In this document: positions 29,400-40,304 of the stretch, one piece after another
Position numbering within the stretch: position 1 is the first letter of the stretch
Layout of the letters: each line of letters opens with the position of its first letter
Assembly (NCBI GenBank): GCA_963662265.2
Contig: CAXXHA010000029.1
Coordinates: forward strand, 32,001-96,000
Reading direction: 5' to 3'
Source of the DNA: Spirochaetia bacterium
GTDB taxonomy: Bacteria; Spirochaetota; Spirochaetia; CADAEX01
DNA length: 64,000 nucleotides
The notes under the pieces: generated by a model
Told to the model about the DNA's origin: nothing
Database searches by the model: none
The model's input: only the letters and a program-made list of their open reading frames with translations
Position numbers and translations under genes: made by a program

Positions 29400-31735
29400 A
29401 ATATTATACCGACAACTTCTTCGAATGTTTCAACCGGGTAGAATTTTATTCCCTTTTTCACATGGTCGGGAATTTCTTCAAGATCTTTCTCATTCTGTTT
29501 TGGAATAATAATATTTTTAATATTGTTTCTCCTGGCAGCTATTGTTTTCTCTTTTAGGCCTCCTATTGGAAGGACTGCGCCTGTAAGTGAAAGTTCTCCT
29601 GTCATTGCAAAACTGGCTTTAATCTTCTTGCCCCTGATAAGTGAAAGAAGTGCTGTTGCCATTGTAATACCTGCTGACGGCCCGTCTTTCGGGGTAGCTC
29701 CTTCAGGTATATGAAGGTGGAAAATATTTTCCTCAAACGTCTCCTTTCCGATGTTGAAATCTTCTGCAACAGTCCTGACCATTGTATAGGCAATTGAAGC
29801 TGATTCCTTCATCACATCTCCCATCTGGCCTGTAAGCTTGAAACCCTCCTTACCCATGGTCATTACTGTTTCAATCATCAGCGTATCGCCGCCGAAGTTT
29901 GTCCATGCAAGACCAATTACCATTCCTGGCTTTGTAACCTTTTTGATTTCTTCGGGCCTAAAATGGGGTTTCCCCAGGTAATCAGAAACATTATCTGCAG
30001 TAAGCTTGAATGGTGCTTCCTTGTCTTCAAGAACCATGCCTTTCGCAATTTTCCTGTGAATCTTATCAAGGGCTTTTTCAAAATTTCTCACTCCAGCTTC
30101 GCGTGCATAGTTTTCGCCGATTACAGAAAGCGATTTAGCATCATATTTAACCTGTTTCTTTGTCAGGCCGTTTCGTAAAAGGCTTTTAGGGATCAGGTAT
30201 TTTTTTGCAATAGCAATTTTTTCCTCTTTTATATAGCCGGAAAGCCTGATAATTTCCATCCTGTCTCTCAGCGGGGCTGGTATTGTATCAAGTGTATTTG
30301 CTGTTGTTATGAAGAGAACATTTGAGATATCAAAGGGAAGATCAAGGTAATGGTCTCTGAAGGAAATATTCTGTTCAGGGTCCAGTACTTCAAGGAGAGC
30401 AGAAGACGGGTCTCCCTGGTATGAGGAACCAAGTTTATCTATTTCATCTATCATGAATACAGGATTCTTGGTTTTAACAATTTTAAGGCCCTGAATAATC
30501 TTGCCAGGCATTGCGCCCACATATGTTCTTCTGTGACCTTTTATTTCAGCCTCGTCTCTCATGCCGCCTACCGAGAAACGGAAAAACTCTCTCCCCATTG
30601 CCCTGGCAATGGATTTTCCGATTGAAGTCTTACCCACACCGGGAGGACCGACAAGACAGACAATTGAACCTTTTGTGTCATTTTTCAGCTTTCTGACTGA
30701 AAGATATTCAATTATTCTTTCCTTCACATCTTCAAGGCCGTAATGGTCCTTATCAAGTATATCCTTTGCTTTCTTGATATCAAGGTCTTCAGGCTCTGGA
30801 TCATTCCAGGGAAGTGTAATGATAGTGTCCAGGTAGTTTCTTGTAACACCGAATTCAGAAGAGACAGGTTCCATGAGAGAGAATTTCTGTAGTTCCTGTT
30901 CAACCTGTTCCTTGACTTCTCCCTCAAGGTTGAGCTGTTCAATTTTTTCCTTGAACCTCAAAAATTCACTGCTTTTCGAATCAACCGGCATTCCCAGTTC
31001 ATTTTTAATAGCCTTGAGTTCCTCTTTCAGGAAATATTCTCTCTGGTTTTTTTCTATCTTTTCATTTATCTGTTTCTGTATTTTCTTCTGTATGCGGAGA
31101 AGTTCCTGTTCTTTTTTAATAAATACAAGAACCTGTTCCATTCTTTTTCTTATATTGAGTGTTTCAAGTATTTTCTGCTGGTCAACCCTGTCAATATTTA
31201 AAATTGAAGATATAAAATCTGCTATTTTACCCGGATGGTCAATATTGACCATGTTAAGTCTCATTTCTTCCGAGAAAAGAGGATTGTTTTCGGAAATCTG
31301 TTTCATCTCTGAAATGAGAGACCGTGTAAGTGCTTTTACTTCATTTGTCTTTTCTTTTTCATCTGAAAGATATTCAACTTCTGCTGTTATAGGCGGTTCA
31401 CCTGATATGTATTTTTTTATTTTAAAACGTTTCAGAGTTGAAATAAATATATTCATCCCTCCGTCAGGAAGGTTTATTTTCTTTACTATTTTTGCAACTG
31501 TTCCAACCTTATAAAGATCTTCAGCATCTATATCATTGATTTCCTCATCCTCAAGAAGAACAAGCCCAATCATGTTGTCATTCATCAGCGACTGTTCAAC
31601 AACTGATATATCTTTAGGAGAAACAATCATAAGAGGTGTAAAAATACCGGGAAAAATCGGTTTTCCGGAAAGCGGTATAATAAAAAGTTTGTCCGGAAGT
31701 ATTTGCGCAGCCGGGACAATTTCCTTTTCAGGCAT
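29396..31735 (-). CDS. lon: ATP-dependent protease La
   Basis: GPPGVGKTS, HRRTYVGAMPG, PKDGPSAG, IGGLKEK. Confidence 0.97.
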   Translation of the reverse strand: MPEKEIVPAAQILPDKLFIIPLSGKPIFPGIFTPLMIVSPKDISVVEQSLMNDNMIGLVLLEDEEINDIDAEDLYKVGTVAKIVKKINLPDGGMNIFISTLKRFKIKKYISGEPPITAEVEYLSDEKEKTNEVKALTRSLISEMKQISENNPLFSEEMRLNMVNIDHPGKIADFISSILNIDRVDQQKILETLNIRKRMEQVLVFIKKEQELLRIQKKIQKQINEKIEKNQREYFLKEELKAIKNELGMPVDSKSSEFLRFKEKIEQLNLEGEVKEQVEQELQKFSLMEPVSSEFGVTRNYLDTIITLPWNDPEPEDLDIKKAKDILDKDHYGLEDVKERIIEYLSVRKLKNDTKGSIVCLVGPPGVGKTSIGKSIARAMGREFFRFSVGGMRDEAEIKGHRRTYVGAMPGKIIQGLKIVKTKNPVFMIDEIDKLGSSYQGDPSSALLEVLDPEQNISFRDHYLDLPFDISNVLFITTANTLDTIPAPLRDRMEIIRLSGYIKEEKIAIAKKYLIPKSLLRNGLTKKQVKYDAKSLSVIGENYAREAGVRNFEKALDKIHRKIAKGMVLEDKEAPFKLTADNVSDYLGKPHFRPEEIKKVTKPGMVIGLAWTNFGGDTLMIETVMTMGKEGFKLTGQMGDVMKESASIAYTMVRTVAEDFNIGKETFEENIFHLHIPEGATPKDGPSAGITMATALLSLIRGKKIKASFAMTGELSLTGAVLPIGGLKEKTIAARRNNIKNIIIPKQNEKDLEEIPDHVKKGIKFYPVETFEEVVGIIF

Positions 31736-31862
31736 TTAAAACTCCTATATAATAAAAATCTTAACATGTAATTTCAATTACTTTTCAGGCAGTATCAAAC
31801 CTGCCTGTTTATACATAAACTACTTATTAATATATAATAATGTCAAGGAAAAACAATTACAA

Positions 31863-32621
31863 ATGAAAAGGCATTTAAAAATACAGGGGATAATCTTCAG
31901 CAGCTGGAGAATCCAGGAATTCAACAGGGGAATCAAAATATTTACACCGGATAACGGATTGATAAATACTGTCGCATACGGTGCTTACAGGCCTAAAAGC
32001 CGTCTCGGTTCCCTGTTACAGCCTGTGACATCCGGCGAATTCAATATTTACCATGATCCTGTTAAAAAAATATACAGGATTACAGATTACGAACCTTATG
32101 ATGATTTTACAATGATAAAAGGTGATCTTGTAAAATACTATACTGCGCTTTTATGGTTTGAGATAATTATAAAAAGTCATGCAGGCGGTGAATCAGGTGA
32201 AGATCTTTATTACCTGCTGAAAAATTCACTTGAACTGCTTGAGAAGAGCAGCACTGATGTTTCAGAAAAACTTATGATTCAGTTTCTTCTCAGGACTGTT
32301 GTTTTTTTTGCCGGACCATTTCAATTGAATGAATGCAGTAATTGCGGTACAATACATCTGGACAGCGATAATGTGTATTTCAGTATCAGAGATCTTGTTT
32401 TTGTCTGCAGAAACTGTTCCGCTGCTGATAACAAAGTTATTAATCCTGGAGTAAAAAGATATATCAAATATTCAGTAAACCAGAGTCTTGAAATATCAAT
32501 TAAATCAGGAATTGATTCAGTACAGCAGAGAGAACTTAAAAGGTTCCTGTATCAGGTTGTGCAGGAATATATAGAGGATTCACTGGTTACACTCAATACA
32601 GGGAAAGAATTTTTATTTTGA
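31863..32621 (+). CDS. recO: DNA repair protein RecO
   Basis: N-terminal OB fold (GA..PKSR), CxxC...CxxC zinc finger; next to recJ. Confidence 0.85.
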   Translation: MKRHLKIQGIIFSSWRIQEFNRGIKIFTPDNGLINTVAYGAYRPKSRLGSLLQPVTSGEFNIYHDPVKKIYRITDYEPYDDFTMIKGDLVKYYTALLWFEIIIKSHAGGESGEDLYYLLKNSLELLEKSSTDVSEKLMIQFLLRTVVFFAGPFQLNECSNCGTIHLDSDNVYFSIRDLVFVCRNCSAADNKVINPGVKRYIKYSVNQSLEISIKSGIDSVQQRELKRFLYQVVQEYIEDSLVTLNTGKEFLF

Positions 32622-32735
32622 TGCAATATTATTGAATAAATTGTATTCTTTATTCAGTGCATCTCTTTACAGTGGAATATTTAAAACTGAAATATTTGCA
32701 GCAGTGCTGTTTAGTGAGTAAAACGGAATTATCAG

Positions 32736-34856
32736 ATGAAATATAATAAAAAAGAAATTGACAGCATTCAGGTCAGAGAAACTGCAGAACGTTACAAGAT
32801 AAGTCTTCTGGCAGCTTCAGTTCTTGTAAGAAGAGGATGGGCTGAAAATCCCGAAGAAGTATCTTTCATTCTTGAAGATGATCTTAAATATACACATAAT
32901 CCGTTTCTTTTCCATGAAATGGAAGATGTTGTCGACAGGATTCACGCGGCCAAAGATGAAGGCGAAAAAGTTATTGTGTTCGGAGACAGGGATGTTGACG
33001 GCATAACATCAACTGTTCTTATTGTAAATAAACTCAAGGAGATGGGAATTGATGTTTCCTGGTCTCTTCCGTCAGGTGATGATCCCTATGGTATAACTGA
33101 TGAAAAAGTTAAATTATTTGCTGAAAATGACGGGACACTTATGATTACAGTTGACTGCGGAATATCGAGTGTAAAAGAGATAAAATATGCAAGGCAGTTC
33201 GGCATAGATACGATTGTTATTGACCATCATATGGCTGGAGATGAAATTCCGGAAGCATTTGCAATTATAAATCCGAAGATGGAGGATTCCGGATATCCGT
33301 TCAGGGACCTCGCAGGCTGCGGTGTGGTATCCAAAGTAATATGGGCGCTTACTTTTTCAGAAACTGATTTTTACAAAAGGAATATTTCAATACTCAATAT
33401 AGTTCCCGGAGGAAGCAGTTCCTACCGGATAGAGGCCCAGAAGCTTTTTAATCTTGTGGAGTATTCCAAACCTGTAATGGAAACAATAGTTCAGGGGATA
33501 ATAGAAAACCCGTCAGGAACCAACCTGTCAGATTTTTTAAGCGACAGTCTTATTGTTGTCTTTAACGGTGCTAATCAGAAAAAACTATTTGCTGATGCAT
33601 TCGGCAATAATGTCGAACTCAATGCCTTTGATTTATCTGAACAGATTTACAGCATGTTTCCGCGGCTTAATGGAATGAGTCTTCTGCAGATGCGTGAACT
33701 GAGCAGAGACAGCCGTTATTCAGATAAACCGCTTGGTGAAATTGATATACTGAGAAATCTTTTTATCGCACTTGTCAATAAAAACAATCAGAAGCTTGCA
33801 AACGGATATAACAGCATTCTGGATCTTGTCACTATCGGATCAATTGCCGATATGATGCCTTTGAAAAATGAGAATAGAATAATAGTAAAACACGGCCTTA
33901 AGAATATACAGAAGACTGAGAATATTGGGCTTCATGACCTTTTGATGAAACAGAAGCTTCTTGAAAAGCCGCTTGCAACATCTGATATTGCATGGAATAT
34001 CACTCCTGTCATCAATGCAACAGGCAGGATGGGTGTTCCTGAAAAAGCAGCACAGCTGTTATTCTGCAACGACAGGAGTATTATCAGGGATCTGACAGAA
34101 GAGGTCCTTTCATTGAATAAGGAACGTAAAAAACTGGGAGAAAAAAACTGGGATGCCTTGAAAGGGGGAGCTGACAGAAGTTTTCAGGATTTTGAATCAT
34201 CACTTGTCCTGACAGGCGGAAAAAATGTACCCAGGGGAATAACAGGTATTCTTTCTGCCAGGTTTGCTTCTTATTTCAATGTCCCTGCTGTTATATATAC
34301 AATTCTCGAGGACAGGATAGTCGGATCTGTGAGAAGCCTGAGGAATTATCCCATAATGAATATGCTTACATTTTGTTCAGAGCTTTTTACCGATTTCGGC
34401 GGACATGACTTTGCGGGGGGATTTTCAATGCCTGCAGGTAATCTTCCGGAATTAAGGAAAAAGCTGTCTGAATACCTTAAAAACAACAAGGTTGCAAAGA
34501 CTGAAGAGAAAATACTTGATGTTGATGCTGAATTGCCTGAAGGGTTTATGAATAATGAGGTTTTTAAGACTGCAGATATGTTAGCTCCATACGGAGAGGG
34601 TAATCCTCCTCTAGTCTTTCTTGCCAGGAAAGTGAAAATAAACAGCATTACTGAAGTTGGAAATAAAAAAATCGGACATCTGAAGATGACTCTTGATGCC
34701 GGAGGAAATACATGGCCTGCTATGTTCTGGAATGCTTCCGGCAGAATATCGGAATTCCCTCCCGGTTCAGAGGTTGATGTAATATTCAGGATAGGAAACA
34801 ACTATTTTCAGAATACTTTCATGCATCAGCTTATAGTGCTTGATATGAGCAGATAA
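32736..34856 (+). CDS. recJ: Single-stranded-DNA exonuclease RecJ with an internal insertion
   Basis: GDRDVDG, TVDCG, IDHH, LAGCGV, IADMM, INATGR, GGH..AGG. Confidence 0.93.
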   Translation: MKYNKKEIDSIQVRETAERYKISLLAASVLVRRGWAENPEEVSFILEDDLKYTHNPFLFHEMEDVVDRIHAAKDEGEKVIVFGDRDVDGITSTVLIVNKLKEMGIDVSWSLPSGDDPYGITDEKVKLFAENDGTLMITVDCGISSVKEIKYARQFGIDTIVIDHHMAGDEIPEAFAIINPKMEDSGYPFRDLAGCGVVSKVIWALTFSETDFYKRNISILNIVPGGSSSYRIEAQKLFNLVEYSKPVMETIVQGIIENPSGTNLSDFLSDSLIVVFNGANQKKLFADAFGNNVELNAFDLSEQIYSMFPRLNGMSLLQMRELSRDSRYSDKPLGEIDILRNLFIALVNKNNQKLANGYNSILDLVTIGSIADMMPLKNENRIIVKHGLKNIQKTENIGLHDLLMKQKLLEKPLATSDIAWNITPVINATGRMGVPEKAAQLLFCNDRSIIRDLTEEVLSLNKERKKLGEKNWDALKGGADRSFQDFESSLVLTGGKNVPRGITGILSARFASYFNVPAVIYTILEDRIVGSVRSLRNYPIMNMLTFCSELFTDFGGHDFAGGFSMPAGNLPELRKKLSEYLKNNKVAKTEEKILDVDAELPEGFMNNEVFKTADMLAPYGEGNPPLVFLARKVKINSITEVGNKKIGHLKMTLDAGGNTWPAMFWNASGRISEFPPGSEVDVIFRIGNNYFQNTFMHQLIVLDMSR

Positions 34857-34897
34857 AAAGCTGCAGTTTTTATTGTCTAAAGCAAAAGTCACCTGGT

Positions 34898-35027
34898 AAA
34901 TCACTTAGTGATCGCTTGTTAATCGCTTTCGAGCATTTTCTCTTTGAGATGTCGTTGTTGTGAAACAAGTTTTACAACATTATGGGGGCGCGGCTTTCAA
35001 ACAACCTGCTTTGCTGGTGGTTGTTGA
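34898..35027. repeat. Multi-hairpin intergenic element related to the element at 47583-47688
   Basis: Its reverse complement shares the aatg-stem-aaaacttgttt-stem-ca hairpin, tgctcgaaagcg and acaag in the same order. Confidence 0.6.
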
Positions 35028-35099
35028 TTTCAGTAAAAACTGTAATAATTATCTGCAGCTTAAAAAGAATAAACATAATTCCGGTATATAAAGAGAAGT

Positions 35100-36074
35100 A
35101 TGAAAAAAAAATTATTAACACTGATATTATTTATAACAGCAGCAGTATATCTGTCTGCAGAAGTATTTGTTGATTTTGACAGTTCTGTCAATCAGGGAGA
35201 TATAGTAGCTGTTTACTTATATTCTGATAATAATATAGATAATATAACTTTGACCCTAAGACGCAATAATAAAAATTTCGGAAAGTTCCGAGGATTCCAG
35301 CTTGAAAGCAATGGTTTAAACATGCCAGGCGATAAGTCGTGTTATGTTGTTATAGTTTCCGTGGCTTCGGATGCTCTTCCGTCTGAATATGATATTGATA
35401 TCAGATGTCAGACTGAAGGGTATCCTGTAAGGAAAACAGGAAAAATAACTGTAGAAAAAAAGAAATTCAGAAGAGAGGAAATCCCCTTATCAAGAAGCAT
35501 GACGACTCTCAGGAAAGATGAGAGTGAAAGGAGAAAGAAGGAGACCCGGGATATAATAAAGCTTTACAGGAATTTCAACAAAAAAGATCAGTTCCTGGAA
35601 ACTGATTTTAAATATCCTTTGAAAGGGGAGTATCCTGTAACATCATGGTTCGGCGACAGGCGAATATTTGTTTATGATGACGGGGATAGGTCAAATTCCC
35701 TTCATAACGGGATAGATTATGCAGCTGTCAGGGGAACACCTGTTTATGCCTCCGGAAGCGGAAAAGTGGTATTTTCCGGAAACCGTCTCATTACCGGAAA
35801 CAGCATCATAATTGAACACTATCCCGGTTTTTATTCAGTATACTATCATCTTGATAAGGCTGAAGCTGTACAGGGATCTATGGTTTCAGGCGGAGACAAG
35901 ATAGGAGAAGTAGGGGCTACAGGTATTTCTACAGGCAACCATCTTCACTGGGAAGTCAGGAATCAGGGTATTGCGGTTGATCCGGAACAGTTTGTAGGCT
36001 CTCCAGTTATTGACAAAGATCGAATAATAAGTAATATTAATTCAAGTTTTTCGGATATAGACCGGGGGAGGTGA
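35100..36074 (+). CDS. M23-family metallopeptidase
   Basis: HNGID, YYHL, STGNHLHWE; signal peptide. Confidence 0.9.
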   Translation: MKKKLLTLILFITAAVYLSAEVFVDFDSSVNQGDIVAVYLYSDNNIDNITLTLRRNNKNFGKFRGFQLESNGLNMPGDKSCYVVIVSVASDALPSEYDIDIRCQTEGYPVRKTGKITVEKKKFRREEIPLSRSMTTLRKDESERRKKETRDIIKLYRNFNKKDQFLETDFKYPLKGEYPVTSWFGDRRIFVYDDGDRSNSLHNGIDYAAVRGTPVYASGSGKVVFSGNRLITGNSIIIEHYPGFYSVYYHLDKAEAVQGSMVSGGDKIGEVGATGISTGNHLHWEVRNQGIAVDPEQFVGSPVIDKDRIISNINSSFSDIDRGR

Positions 36075-36080
36075 TTCAGT

Positions 36081-36290
36081 ATCGCTTTTGTTAAAATTGA
36101 TGAGACAGAACCGCTTGAAAAAGCACTTAAAAGATTCAAAAGAATGGTAGAAAAAGAGGGTATTATCAGGGAATGGAAAAAAAGAGAATTCTTTGAAAAA
36201 CCATCTACTATCAACAACAGAAAGAAGAAAGCGATCATTCGAAAGCAGCAGAAAAAACTTAGAAAGCTGCAGGCAATGAAAAACTACTAG
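36081..36290 (+). CDS. rpsU: 30S ribosomal protein S21 (absent from the ORF track; ATC start)
   Basis: Translates (M)[41 protein letters not shown]...; strong SD ggggaggtga just upstream of ATC. Confidence 0.93.
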   Translation: MAFVKIDETEPLEKALKRFKRMVEKEGIIREWKKREFFEKPSTINNRKKKAIIRKQQKKLRKLQAMKNY

Positions 36291-36299
36291 AAATCTTCA

Positions 36300-36330
36300 G
36301 GGGAGTATATAAATAATACTCCCTTTTTTT
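36300..36330 (+). terminator. Intrinsic terminator after rpsU
   Basis: gggagtat/atactccc followed by T7. Confidence 0.85.
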
Positions 36331-36493
36331 ATGCCGATAAGTGTGTAAATGTAATAAATGCTGTTGTATTATAAAAAAATGATTTCAGAATCAGTGTCTG
36401 AGTGATGCTGACAAAATAAATATACCGGGCAGCTTTCTGTTAAACAGTAAAGTGACTCCGGGCTGATATTATATTTAAAAAGCAGGAGTTATA

Positions 36494-37195
36494 ATGACTT
36501 CCGATGATGTAAAAAAAGAATTACTTGAAATGCAGAATACTGAAAAAGCTGTTCATTTATCCCGTTTTTTTAAAACCGGAAAAGGTGAATACGGGGAAGG
36601 TGACTGCTTCTGGGGAATCAAAGTACCTGACCAGAGAAAAACAGCAAAGAAATTCAGAAATATCGATCTTTCAGAACTTGATTACCTTATCAGGGATCCT
36701 GTTCACGAATGCAGACTCACTTCTTTATTAATTCTTGTTGAAAAATATGAAAAAACAGTTTCAGACAGGAAGAAAATTGTCGATTTTTATCTTGATAATA
36801 TTAAATACATAAACAACTGGGATCTTGTTGATCTTTCAGCACCTAAAATACTCGGCGCCTGGCTGTATGACAGGGAAAGGGAACTTCTTTACAGTCTTGC
36901 CGGATCCAGAGATTTGTGGAAGCAGCGTATTTCGATTCTTTCAACAATGTACTTTATTAAAAAAGGTGATTTTTTTGAAACATTTTCAATATCTGAATTG
37001 TTATTAAAACATGAGCATGATCTTATACATAAGGCTGTAGGATGGATGCTGAGAGAAATTGGAAAGAAAAACCTTGAAGAAGAGGAGAAATTCCTGAAAA
37101 AACATTACAGAGAAATGCCCCGAACAATGTTAAGATATTCAATAGAACGTTTTGAAGAGGAAAAAAGGCAAAAATATTTGAAAGGTCTTGTATAA
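36494..37195 (+). CDS. AlkD-family DNA alkylation repair protein
   Basis: FFKTGKGEYGEGD, INNWDLVD, HKAVGWMLRE, MPRTMLRY. Confidence 0.9.
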   Translation: MTSDDVKKELLEMQNTEKAVHLSRFFKTGKGEYGEGDCFWGIKVPDQRKTAKKFRNIDLSELDYLIRDPVHECRLTSLLILVEKYEKTVSDRKKIVDFYLDNIKYINNWDLVDLSAPKILGAWLYDRERELLYSLAGSRDLWKQRISILSTMYFIKKGDFFETFSISELLLKHEHDLIHKAVGWMLREIGKKNLEEEEKFLKKHYREMPRTMLRYSIERFEEEKRQKYLKGLV

Positions 37196-37269
37196 TTCAT
37201 CATAATATAGCTTATAATTTAAAAACATATTTTAAAAATAAAACAATGTTAAAGTAAAGGAGAAAAGAA

Positions 37270-37864
37270 ATGACTAAGAAAATTTTAGTACTGTTAACTA
37301 TTGCTTTGATAGTATTTGCTGCAGGATGCGGTTCATCACCGGCTCCGGCACCCGAACCAGCACCGGAACCAGCTCCACAGCCTCAGTCAATGGCTGATGT
37401 TCCCCAGTTTTTCCTGATGCCTCCAACTGCAGAAGATGCTCTCTACGGAGTAGGTGTTGCAAAAATGTCTTCACTTGATATGTCAAGAACAATGTCAATC
37501 TCAAGAGCAAGAGATGATATTGCCAGACAGGTTAATCTTCAGGTAAAAAATGCTATTACTGACTATGCGCAGGAAGCTGGAGCAGATGCTTCCCAGGCAC
37601 TTAAGTTTGTAGAAACTGTTTCAAGACAGATTGCAGATGCTAAACTTCAGGGCGCAAAACCGAAGGAAATGTATGCTGCAAAAGATGGAACTATCTATGC
37701 ACTGGTTGAGTACAGAATAAGCAATTTAAAGGAAGATGCTGCCGATGTATTCAAGAGAAACGAAGAAGCAGCTTTCTCAGAATTTTAAAGCATCCCAGGC
37801 TCTTGATAAACTCAATTTTGAACTCAGCAATAATCCAACAAAATCAAATCCTGTTACTGAGTAA
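37270..37864 (+). CDS. LPP20-family lipoprotein with a Pro-rich linker; +1 frameshift near 37785
   Basis: Lipobox AAGC, PAPEPAPEPAP, YGVG.A..AR..IA; removing one T continues FKASQALDKL...PVTE* right before the terminator. Confidence 0.7.
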
Positions 37865-37869
37865 CAAGT

Positions 37870-37899
37870 AAATCCCGCTTTAAAAAGCGGGATTTTTTT
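37870..37899 (+). terminator. Intrinsic terminator
   Basis: aaatcccgctt/aagcgggattt followed by T-run. Confidence 0.85.
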
Positions 37900-37956
37900 A
37901 TTCAATTTAAATCCTTTTTCATGTAGATAGTTTTTAAAAAATCAGCGGAGAATAAA

Positions 37957-38763
37957 TTGTCAGGAAAAAATATATTTTACTGCCCGGTATTAGCAATAAT
38001 TCTTTTAACAGCATCATGTGCAGCAACAGGAGATTCATCATTGAAGGGAAATATCAGTACTTCAGATACAGTCGAAAAAGAGAAAACTGATAAAACTTTG
38101 ATAAGTAAAATTCCCTGAAGCTGTGTGGAATATGAATTATGATGACGGTTACATGTATTTTACCGGGATATCCCCGTATTACCTTGATGAAACAAAATCT
38201 GATGAAATATTATTAAAAGATGCTTCCCAGTCTGCTGCTGTTTTTAACAGCGTTTTCGGAGTTTCAGGGAGGATTTCAACCAGGACCCAATGTCGGGACA
38301 AGAACTGGTAATTCTTTTAATTATATTTACAACAGTTCAGATTATGATTATTACAGGGATAATTTTGAAATAGAATCAACATATAAAGACAGAGACAGTG
38401 TCTACAGAATATTTAAAATAAAAAAAAGCATGAGTATGCCGGAAGTTGAATTATCTGCAGAAGGCAAAACCCCATCCTGGATTAAAAAAAAACCCTGAGA
38501 TTGACGGTTATCTGTTCAGCATCGGAGTATCGGGAAGGTTCAGCAGAATTTCAGATTCTGTGCGAAAAGCTGATGATGCGGCACTTGAAGAAATGATAAA
38601 ACAGAAAAATATTACAGTTTTTACTGATTCAGGATATAATTACAGTAATATCAGCGGATATGAGTATTCCAGTTCCGAACTTAAAGGTTTTTATATAATA
38701 AGGCGATGGTGGAGCCCTGATTTGAATAATTTTTATTCACTGGGAATTATAAAGGATAAATAA
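37957..38763 (+). CDS. Lipoprotein with an LPP20-like C-terminal domain, broken by about three homopolymer frameshifts
   Basis: Lipobox LTASC; fragments 38123-38311, 38220-38498 and 38446-38763 join across C/A runs; PSWI..P...YLFSIGVS..AD..A. Confidence 0.55.
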
Positions 38764-38897
38764 TTAAAGATTTCCTTTTATATATTTTTTTATCATCATA
38801 TAATCAAAGTATCTGTTAACTAAAGAAAAAATAAATAAAATATCTGATTTCATATTCAGATATCTGTAAAACAATAAAATATGAACAGGAGAAAAAA

Positions 38898-40285
38898 ATG
38901 TTGTTTTTTAAAAAATACTGACCCCTCTGATTATAACAGTTCTGGTAATGTTTCTTTTCGGATGCGGAACAACATCAACCGTATCCGCACCTGAAGAAGA
39001 AGGCAAGCCGGAATGGATTGATAATTACCCGGTGGACAGCGCATACTATATTGGAGTGGGGTCTTCGAACACTGGAAATAAATCTGCAGATATGGAAACT
39101 GCAAAAGCAAAAGCTCTTACAGATCTTGCCGCGGCAATTTCAGTACAGATTTCCAGTGAACAGGAATTTGTTGTAAAGGAAGATTCTAAAGGAAATGCAT
39201 ACCAGTCTGCTGAAGTTCAGATAAACCAGGCTGTCAGCAACAATTTCAAGGATGTCGAAGTTGCAGATTCCTATTATTCCGAGAAATCAGGTTACTGGTT
39301 TTTCTACAAACTTTCAAAGGCTAAATGGGCTGCAATACAGGCTATGGAAAAAATGGCAATTGATGACAGGGTAAAGAGTCTTATAAACCCTGTTTATGAT
39401 AATTCCGATTCAACAGCAGTGGATAAAATATCATCACTTTCTAAAAGCTGGAATGTAGTTGTTGAATCACCATATGAAGGTACTATTGACAGTTCATTCA
39501 AAGGTGAATCAGGACTTCTCATAGATCTCATTGAGATGAATATGGGGAGGGTGACAAAAGACCTTGAAATAAATATTTTACCGTCTGAAATAACAACTGA
39601 GCCCGGAAAATATGAAAATATAAAAGTAAGTGTAGTAAACAGGAACGGGGAAAAACCTGGACAGATTAAAATAGGGTTCTACACAAAAAAAGATAATATC
39701 AAATGCGCCGAGATAATAACTGATCAGAACGGGAAGTATAGCGGGAAAATCAAATTCTCATCCCTGCCTACAGGTAAAAGCGATGTCACTGCTGCAATAG
39801 CACTCGATGAATTCGGGCTCTCCCCCGGTATGATGAAAAGCAGCATTATTGCGCCTGAGAAACAGCTTAAAATACAGATGAACCACATAAGTGTACTTCT
39901 TAAACTTCAGGTAAACGGGGACTTTAAAATAGAAAGCCTCAAGGATTCTGTTAAAACTCTTTTTTCAAGGGATGAATTTGCTGTAAAACTGTCTGACGGC
40001 GGCAACAATGAAAGATTTTCTATTGTATTTTCAATGTATTTCAGGAATCTCCCTGAAAACAGCTATGGTGTGTTTTTAACCAAAGCTAAAGCTTCAATAT
40101 CTTTATTAAAAGAGGGAAGCAATATATATTCTTATGAGAGCAAAGAATATAAAGAGGGGGGACTGGACTGGGATCAGGCACAGGAAAGGGCTGTTATAAA
40201 ACTATTCAGGGATATAAATGCAGACAATGAATTTATAACTCAGATAAAGGATGCAATATACAAGGCAGCAGAGGAGTCTGAATAA
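38898..40285 (+). CDS. LPP20-family lipoprotein (signal peptide frameshifted; main ORF 38948-40285)
   Basis: SD aggag before ATG 38898; lipobox LFGC; KPEWI, YYIGVG, A...AL.DLA..I. Confidence 0.7.
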
Positions 40286-40304
40286 AAGAACAGTTAATAT
40301 TTAC

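Noticed and set aside
30873-31514. Long antisense ORFs (e.g. 213 aa opposite lon, and others opposite pst, ABC and recJ genes)
   Set aside because: They are shadows of well-supported genes, with no SD or recognisable motifs
36424-36462. Imperfect hairpin upstream of the AlkD-family gene as a riboswitch
   Set aside because: Weak pairing and no match to a consensus I recognise
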